Source: Amoeboradix gromovi X-113
Lineage: Eukaryota; Fungi; Sanchytriomycota
Direction: 5' to 3'
NCBI GenBank assembly: GCA_018985225.1
Contig: JADGIF010000674.1
Span: forward strand, 1-5,302
DNA length: 5,302 nt
The position numbers and the translations under genes are program-made. The notes under the pieces were generated by a model that made no database searches, was not told where the DNA came from, and saw only the letters and a program-made list of their open reading frames with translations. Below, piece by piece: positions 1-5,302 of this stretch (position 1 is the stretch's first letter; each line of letters opens with the position of its first letter).

Positions 1-19
1 TAACATTACAAAATGACTC

Positions 20-242
20 TAGAAAAGAGTACCGTCTAAGAAAATGCACCTTTTGCTTAGATGCTCAAAGACCTCATATATTTGAACGAAATGCAGGGTC
101 TTCTAGTATTATTTTGAAAAGAGGAATACAATCAATGAAAGAAAATTGGTATAATAGAAGATCTTTTATTAATGATAGTATTTCCTCCGTATGGTGCACC
201 TTTAAAAACGAGTTAGTCTAGTTTTTATATTTGGTGTCCCAT
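20..242. repeat. Left arm of a long inverted repeat (pairs with 5079-5302)
   Basis: The reverse complement of 5079-5302 aligns to 20-242 with 8 substitutions (left positions 78, 90, 102, 106, 108, 154, 179, 216), a 2-nt indel near 117-120 and a 3-nt indel near 200. Positions 20-77 match perfectly. The outer end is not visible. Confidence 0.97.
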
Positions 243-371
243 CTTGCTACCATTAGATCGAAAAAATTTCTAGCAAGTACTAAAAATTTCGATTACTATA
301 GCTTAAGGTTTTCCTCAGTGAGTCATTACTTCTCAAAGATGTACAGAATTTCTCTTGCACCAGGATTGCTT

Positions 372-386
372 AATAAAATATTTATT
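372..386. terminator. Back-to-back polyadenylation-like signals (AATAAA + at 372-377, AATAAA - at 386-381)
   Basis: Sequence AATAAAATATTTATT. The minus-strand hexamer lies 6 nt beyond the spliced SDR stop. The AT-rich background weakens the call. Confidence 0.5.
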
Positions 387-392
387 GATAAT

Positions 393-1266
393 TCATTGAG
401 CAACTAAGTTTTGTTTTTGATGGAATACAGTCACTAGACTGCTCAAAGCTCTCTTAAATGGAATAAATGGCTGAATGACAACTAAATTAGCACTGAATAC
501 CAAGTGGGTAGTAAAGCCAATGTGGAACATAAGTCTGGGAGCGTCTTTTAAGAATTGAATCCACTGACTTTTGAGCACAATATTGGGGGGATACAGCTAA
601 ATTTAAGAATACATCAGGAACCGCTCCTTCAATAATATCAGTAGTGACAAATCCAGGCTGTATATTAGTGAAATAAAATCCACTACTTTCTAATTCCAGA
701 GCACAAGATTCCAAGTACTTGCTAATCCCTGATTTAGAGCCACTATAGGCACCAATGCCCTTAGTAACAAGATCTGCAGCAATGCTGCTAATGACTACTA
801 TATGGGGATGGCCAATATGATTTGACTTTGCATACGGACAAAACTCGTTTATACAAGCCATTGGAGACAACAAATTTGTTTGCAAGACTTTGAGGTCCTC
901 ACTAAATGCATGTTTACTACCTACTGAGTGAAAGCCGGCAATTCCAGCGTTTAAGATTATTGTATCCACGGGTCCTGCTTTCTCGTGCGCCTTTTTAAAC
1001 AAGTTTTCATATTGCTTGTAATTCGTGACATCAAATACAATAACATACACTGATATGTTATATTTCTTTATCAAATCTTCTTTTACCTCGTTTAAAAGCT
1101 TCTCGCTTCTCGCTGTCAAAATTAAACTTTTTCCATGTTTTGCTAGTTCATATGCTAATGCCTTACCAATACCACGAGATGCACCGGTTATCAAAAACAC
1201 TTTTCCTTCTGGTGGATACAAATACTGCTTGAACTCATCCGATACGGATTTCCAGATTTGCAACAT
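393..1266 (-). CDS. Classical short-chain dehydrogenase/reductase, probably NADP(H)-dependent. Proposed exons 1266-501 and 481-393 (284 aa).
   Basis: Motifs TGASRGIG (TGxxxGxG), ILNAG, catalytic Ser region ISSIAA, YSGSK (YxxxK) and PGFVTT. Arg after beta-2 (TARS) suggests NADP(H). The first in-frame ATG is at 1266; the track start at 1299 is TTG. Unspliced, the frame stops at 487; the 3' exon depends on the 19-nt intron. Confidence 0.92.
482..500 (-). other. Putative 19-nt spliceosomal intron (phase 1) in the SDR gene
   Basis: The minus strand reads GTATTCAGTGCTAATTTAG: GT donor, GCTAAT branch-point-like motif, TTTAG acceptor. It contains the in-frame TAA, and removing it gives ...WLYYPLVVIQPFIPFKRALSSLVTVFHQKQNLVAQ*. 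Confidence 0.7.
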
Positions 1267-1368
1267 TTCCAAACGCCCCCATATTACGAGATACGGCAAT
1301 TTTCATCTCTAGAATGATATTTTGAGCTAATTGCTACATTCTGATGATGCTACTGTGTTTAGGTGTTT
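1267..1368. promoter_or_regulatory. Putative bidirectional promoter between SDR and MTO1 (102 bp)
   Basis: Inferred only from the divergent ATGs at 1266 (-) and 1369 (+). Confidence 0.45.
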
Positions 1369-3264
1369 ATGAGTAGCTTTTACAGTCAGACAAGGGAAAG
1401 GGAGAAAGCGATGAGTGTGATAGTTATTGGAGGCGGTCATGCAGGAATTGAAGCAGTTTGTGCAGCAGCTAGATTGGGATGTAAAGCCATATTAATAACT
1501 CATAAAAAACACACTATTGGTGTTAATAGTTGCAATCCTTCTTGGGGAGGAATCGGAAAAGGTACCTTGATTCGTGAAATTGATGCTCTTGGTGGAGTTT
1601 GCGCTAAAATTGTTGACAAAAGCGGTATAAAATTTAATGTGCTAAATAGATCTAAAGGCAGTGCTGTGTTTGGACCTCGCGCTCAAGTGGATCGTGAATT
1701 ATATCGAATTAATATTTACGAGGAATTAATTAAATATTCCAACGTCTCAATAGTAGAAGGCAGTGTTGAAGATCTGATATTTGCAAACAACGTCATTCAA
1801 GGTGTGAAATTGAGCAATGGTGAATCCATATTTAGTGATGCGACAATTATAACAACAGGCACGTTTTTGCAAGGAAAAATCCAAATTGGAGTAGAGTCGT
1901 TTGCGGCAGGTAGAATGGGAGATATGCCATCATTAAAGCTTTCCAATTCTTTATCCTTGCTTGGAATTAAGCTTTCAAGATTGCGTACTGGGACCCCGCC
2001 CCGCCTTGATCGGAGCTCCATCAATTTCAATGAACTACCATCTTACTCTGGAGAATTACCACCCCTTCCTTTCAGTTTCTTAAATGACTTTGTACATCAG
2101 ACCCAGCAAATTCCTTCTTATCTTACTTTTACAAATCGAAGGACTCATGAAATTATAAATAATAACCTTCATTTAAATAACCACGTTTTGCAGGATACTA
2201 TGGGTCCCCGTTATTGCCCTAGTTTAGAATCGAAGGTAATAAAATTCCCGAGCAAATCAAGTCACCATGTTTGGTTGGAGATTGAAGGCATCAACAGTAA
2301 TATAGTTTATCCAAATGGTTTGTCTATGACTTTTTCTCCGGATACTCAATTAGAAATCATTAGATCGATTAAGGGTTTAGAGGCAGCAAATATCATAAAG
2401 CCGGGATACGGTGTTACTTATGACTACGTAGATCCACGCCAATTAGATTCAACTTTAAAAGTCAAGCATTTGAAACAATTGTACTTAGCAGGTCAAATAA
2501 ATGGTACAACCGGATACGAAGAAGCAGCATGCCAGGGATTGATAGCAGGGTGTAATGCGGCACTAGCAGTACTAAAATTACCCCCTTTTACCTTGAACAG
2601 AGCAGAAGCTTTAACGGGTGTCCTAATTGACGACTTGACGACAAAAGGGGCGGACGAACCTTATAGAATGTTTACCAGCAGAGCAGAATACAGAATAATA
2701 CTAAGAAGCGATAATGCAGATTTAAGACTAACGGAAAAAGGGTATAAAGTAGGCTTAGTAGACAAAGTAAGATTTACAAAAATGAATAACACAAAGACGC
2801 AGATTAACGAAGTTACAAGTGAAATGAAATCAATTCAGTATAGCCCGCATCAATGGAGCGCACTTGGGTTTACAAATGTTGCATTTGATGGGAAAGCCAA
2901 GTCACTGTTTGATAAATATCATTCAATTCCAAATTGCGATTTGTTTAAGTATTTTAGACAGTTCACACGCAGATCTGTTGAGACTTTGGCAAGAGTAAGA
3001 GTGGACTCAAAATACCAAGACTACGTGGAGCTGCTGAGGGAAGAGATAAATTATTTAGAGCTTGAGTCCAAGTTAGAGCTGCCACGGATGGATTATTCAG
3101 TAGTTGGTGGGCTGAGCAACGAGGTAGTTGAGAAACTGAATTCCGTACAGCCTACACATCTAGGGCAAATAAAATCTATTCAAGGAATAACTGGAGACAC
3201 GCCGGGTATCGTTATGAGATATCTAAAGAGTAGAACTTATGCAGAAGTAAATAAATACTTGTGA
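1369..3264 (+). CDS. MTO1: tRNA wobble-uridine (U34) C5 modification enzyme MTO1, MnmG/GidA family, eukaryotic mitochondrial type
   Basis: FAD-binding VIGGGHAG plus SCNPS, TTGTFL, TGTPPRL, GPRYCPS, AGQINGTTGYEEAA and EPYRMFTSRAEYR. The segment NNLHLNNHV before GPRYCPS resembles fungal/animal MTO1 rather than bacterial MnmG. ATG at 1369 (631 aa) or 1411 (617 aa); the track start at 1363 is GTG. Confidence 0.95.
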   Translation: MSSFYSQTREREKAMSVIVIGGGHAGIEAVCAAARLGCKAILITHKKHTIGVNSCNPSWGGIGKGTLIREIDALGGVCAKIVDKSGIKFNVLNRSKGSAVFGPRAQVDRELYRINIYEELIKYSNVSIVEGSVEDLIFANNVIQGVKLSNGESIFSDATIITTGTFLQGKIQIGVESFAAGRMGDMPSLKLSNSLSLLGIKLSRLRTGTPPRLDRSSINFNELPSYSGELPPLPFSFLNDFVHQTQQIPSYLTFTNRRTHEIINNNLHLNNHVLQDTMGPRYCPSLESKVIKFPSKSSHHVWLEIEGINSNIVYPNGLSMTFSPDTQLEIIRSIKGLEAANIIKPGYGVTYDYVDPRQLDSTLKVKHLKQLYLAGQINGTTGYEEAACQGLIAGCNAALAVLKLPPFTLNRAEALTGVLIDDLTTKGADEPYRMFTSRAEYRIILRSDNADLRLTEKGYKVGLVDKVRFTKMNNTKTQINEVTSEMKSIQYSPHQWSALGFTNVAFDGKAKSLFDKYHSIPNCDLFKYFRQFTRRSVETLARVRVDSKYQDYVELLREEINYLELESKLELPRMDYSVVGGLSNEVVEKLNSVQPTHLGQIKSIQGITGDTPGIVMRYLKSRTYAEVNKYL

Positions 3265-3289
3265 ACATTTTTAATTTATTGCGGTTTTG
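3250..3289. terminator. Convergent MTO1/WDR83 3'-end region with AATAAA on each strand
   Basis: AATAAA (+) at 3250-3255 lies inside the last MTO1 codons. AATAAA (-) at 3280-3275 lies 9 nt past the WDR83 stop. The stop codons are 25 bp apart. Confidence 0.5.
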
Positions 3290-4147
3290 TTAGATCCTAG
3301 AATGCAGATTGAGGCATCCGTCCTGGCCGATAGTAGCAAAGCAATTGTCACTATCATGGCAGGATATCGATTGGACTGCACTAGAGTGACATTTGATTTC
3401 ATCGTACACTGTAAAGTCTTGGTTGTAAATTGTAACTACGCCATGCTCATCTCCACTTACAATCTTATCGTCGTTGCACATCAGCCTGCATTTCGAATTG
3501 TTGCTGTATGGTTTTCCTTGGAAAATCCTTGTTAATTTACCATTGTCTCTTTGAATTACCCGAATACAGCCATCTTGACTGTAAGAAAGTAGTTTTCGAC
3601 TAGTTCTAAACAAATCTAAGTCTGTAATGGAAGAGCTAACATTATCAGTTATTAATTTATTGTTCCTCAAATCATATGTCCTGATATTCCCATCCATGCT
3701 AGCTGAAAATATTTCGCTGTCAATTGATTTGACAGAAAGGACGCTATCTTGGGCGTCTTGCAAGGTTTGCACAACCTTGTTCGACCTCAGATCCCATATT
3801 ATAACAGAGCTATCCAAAGACGATGAAAGCAATATATTACTATCATGATAGCTCAAGTCTAATATATGACTCTGATGCCCCTTCAACTTGTTGAAAACCC
3901 CTGTCAGTACGTCCCAAATAAATATATCTTTTTCCTTTCCACCGGAAGCTATTTGAGAATGATTAGGATTGAATTTGTTCGATAGCACTTCATAGGTGTG
4001 TCCCTTGAGCTGTGACAGCACTTTGCCAGATTTAGCAGAGACGATGGAGACAAGGCGATTGTAACCACCGATTGCCAAATACTCAAAGTCAGAGTTGAAC
4101 GACATGCTTGTCAATGGATCATTGCTAATATGAATCTTGCTTCTCAT
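3290..4147 (-). CDS. WDR83: WD40-repeat protein WDR83/MORG1 (285 aa)
   Basis: GH...WD repeats. GHTYEVL, SSLDSSVIIWDLRS, VQTLQDAQDSVLSVK, EIFSASMDGNIRTYDLR and DNVSSSIT are colinear with recalled MORG1 motifs (GHGYEVL, VQTLDEARDGVSSVK, GSVDGRVRRYDLR). ATG at 4147; the track start at 4165 is TTG. Confidence 0.88.
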   Translation of the reverse strand: MRSKIHISNDPLTSMSFNSDFEYLAIGGYNRLVSIVSAKSGKVLSQLKGHTYEVLSNKFNPNHSQIASGGKEKDIFIWDVLTGVFNKLKGHQSHILDLSYHDSNILLSSSLDSSVIIWDLRSNKVVQTLQDAQDSVLSVKSIDSEIFSASMDGNIRTYDLRNNKLITDNVSSSITDLDLFRTSRKLLSYSQDGCIRVIQRDNGKLTRIFQGKPYSNNSKCRLMCNDDKIVSGDEHGVVTIYNQDFTVYDEIKCHSSAVQSISCHDSDNCFATIGQDGCLNLHSRI

Positions 4148-4203
4148 TGTTCTTTGGCTATCCAAGTGTTCGAAAAATAAAGCAAAATGTTGTCTTACAC
4201 TCC
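4148..4203. promoter_or_regulatory. Putative bidirectional promoter between WDR83 and the PSMG4-like gene (56 bp)
   Basis: Divergent ATGs at 4147 (-) and 4204 (+), with a central A-rich tract GAAAAATAAAGCAAAA. Confidence 0.45.
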
Positions 4204-4446
4204 ATGATTGATATAGTCGAGATATCCAAAGACTCTTTCATGGTGTATATTGGGGAGCAAGACCAGGACATCACTAATATGAGCCTCGCCATCAAGGATG
4301 AGTCAACTAACCTAGTCGGCGAAAATGACGAACTGGCAGCGAAATTGGGGAAGAGATTCCAGAAACAATTTATTGTATGCAACCATGTCAAGGATCCCTC
4401 GGTCGATATCGAGGTCTTCCTTAAAGTAAAGGAACTACTGTCGTAA
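4204..4446 (+). CDS. PSMG4: Proteasome assembly chaperone 4-like protein (PAC4/PSMG4 family), 80 aa
   Basis: DSFMVYIG...NMSLAI...STNLVG...LAAKLGKRFQKQFIV...KVKELL follows the recalled PAC4 pattern DSLFLWVG...NLAVAM...STSLLG...LAQRLARKTNKQVFV. First ATG at 4204; AATAAA at 4465-4470. Confidence 0.68.
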   Translation: MIDIVEISKDSFMVYIGEQDQDITNMSLAIKDESTNLVGENDELAAKLGKRFQKQFIVCNHVKDPSVDIEVFLKVKELLS

Positions 4447-4465
4447 TATGACATGGTTTCGTTAA

Positions 4466-5077
4466 ATAAATCTATTAGATTCAACGCTGCAATTTTTTAT
4501 TGACGGAATACTAAAAGTTGAAATTAGCTTCTAAACTTCAAGTGATAAATTACTTCAGCTTATGAGACCTGAACACATGCCCAAAATCTGTCATCATTGT
4601 ATTTTTATGCAATACTCACCATCAGGCGTTGACTCCAAAAACCCTGTGATTTTACTTTAGGAATATGACGAATCTGTTATAGTAGTTCACGGGAAAATCT
4701 GCGAGACAATAGCCTCTAAACATCCACAAATAGGCGTTTTTAAGTGTTGATGGACAGGACCAGTTAAAGATTGGGTTAGACAGAGAACATGATCTGGTAT
4801 GGATCTCTGTTATGACTATCTCATTCAACTATAGCAAAAAGGAAGCTATAGTCAAGTTCGGTGCAATTCATCTTAATGATTTATTCAAGGACAAGTGGGA
4901 AGCTTGTAAAATAGTAAAAGGTTTACTACTTATTACTCTTTAAACATCGAGCTAAACCCACTAGTAGCAAGGACTTCCATCAGCTTTGAAATCTTGCAAG
5001 GATCAGTTCAAGAGGCCAATCTTCAGCCTTGCTTGTCTAATACTAATAAAGACAAGATTAACAAGTTCATTAACTAG
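4466..5077 (+). pseudogene. Possible degenerate coding sequence of unknown family
   Basis: Overlapping open segments: 4466-4747 (two internal stops), 4734-4940 (69 codons, +1 shift near the T5 run at 4737-4741) and 4910-5074 (55 codons, back in the first frame), ending at TAG 5075-5077. Confidence 0.35.
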
Positions 5078-5078
5078 C

Positions 5079-5302
5079 ATGGGACACCAAATATAAAAAC
5101 TAGATTAACTCGTTTTTAAAGAAGGTGCACCATACGGAGGAAATGCTATCATTAATAAAAGATCTTCTACTATACCAATTTTCTTTCATTGATTGTATTC
5201 CTCTTCAAAATAAAAGTAGGAGACCCTGCATCTCGTTCAAATACATGAGGTCTTTGAGCATCTAAGCAAAAGGTGCATTTTCTTAGACGGTACTCTTTTC
5301 TA
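5079..5302. repeat. Right arm of the long inverted repeat, cut by the window end
   Basis: ATGGGACACCAAATATAAAAACTAG...GACGGTACTCTTTTCTA is the reverse complement of 20-242, and the match continues to the last base of the window. Confidence 0.97.

Noticed and set aside
243-293. Small imperfect inverted and direct repeats just inside the left arm (CTTGCTA/TAGCAAG, ATCGAAA/TTTCGAT, AAAAATTTC twice)
   Set aside because: Short, low-complexity and not mirrored at the right arm.
240-397. Minus-strand peptide LLSNPGAREILYIFEK**LTEENL loosely resembling an RGS domain start
   Set aside because: Four stops in about 50 codons, consistent with random AT-rich sequence, and the resemblance is short.
393-578. 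61-aa minus-strand ORF as an independent gene
   Set aside because: It overlaps the SDR in another frame; only 481-393 is used, as the proposed second SDR exon.
1025-1312. 95-aa + strand ORF
   Set aside because: Antisense shadow of the SDR with a GTG start and no motifs.
1797-2030. 77-aa minus-strand ORF
   Set aside because: Antisense to the conserved MTO1 core.
1369-3264. Bacterial mnmG/gidA locus near oriC
   Set aside because: The protein has eukaryote-type sequence features, its neighbours are eukaryotic, and there is no rsmG, mioC or DnaA-box cluster.
3287-3848. 82-aa and 73-aa + strand ORFs
   Set aside because: Antisense shadows of WDR83.
4158-4484. 108-aa minus-strand ORF
   Set aside because: Antisense to the PAC4-like ORF, Ser/Phe-rich and without recognisable motifs.
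4828-4852. 8-bp hairpin ACTATAGC-N9-GCTATAGT
   Set aside because: Built on a palindromic hexamer with no U-tract; compatible with chance.
1-5302. Reassigned stop codons (TAA/TAG read as Gln) explaining the broken flanking frames
   Set aside because: The conserved genes have no internal in-frame TAA/TAG apart from the one in the proposed intron, WDR83 and PSMG4 end at TAA where expected, and frameshifts would remain.

Overview
This is AT-rich DNA from a very gene-dense eukaryote, not a prokaryote. The core (393-4446) holds four tightly packed housekeeping genes: a classical SDR oxidoreductase (-), mitochondrial-type MTO1 of the MnmG/GidA family (+), WDR83/MORG1 (-) and a short PSMG4/PAC4-like proteasome assembly chaperone (+). 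Their spacers are only 102, 25 and 56 bp. Two features go beyond the ORF track. First, the block is bracketed by a ~223-bp inverted repeat (20-242 versus 5079-5302, about 94% identical by manual alignment) that reaches the right window edge. Second, the SDR gene appears to contain a 19-nt spliceosomal intron (482-500, minus strand) whose removal joins two track ORFs into one protein ending next to an AATAAA. Region 4466-5077 looks like a decayed or micro-intron-interrupted coding sequence. Family assignments rest on recalled motifs; no searches were run.
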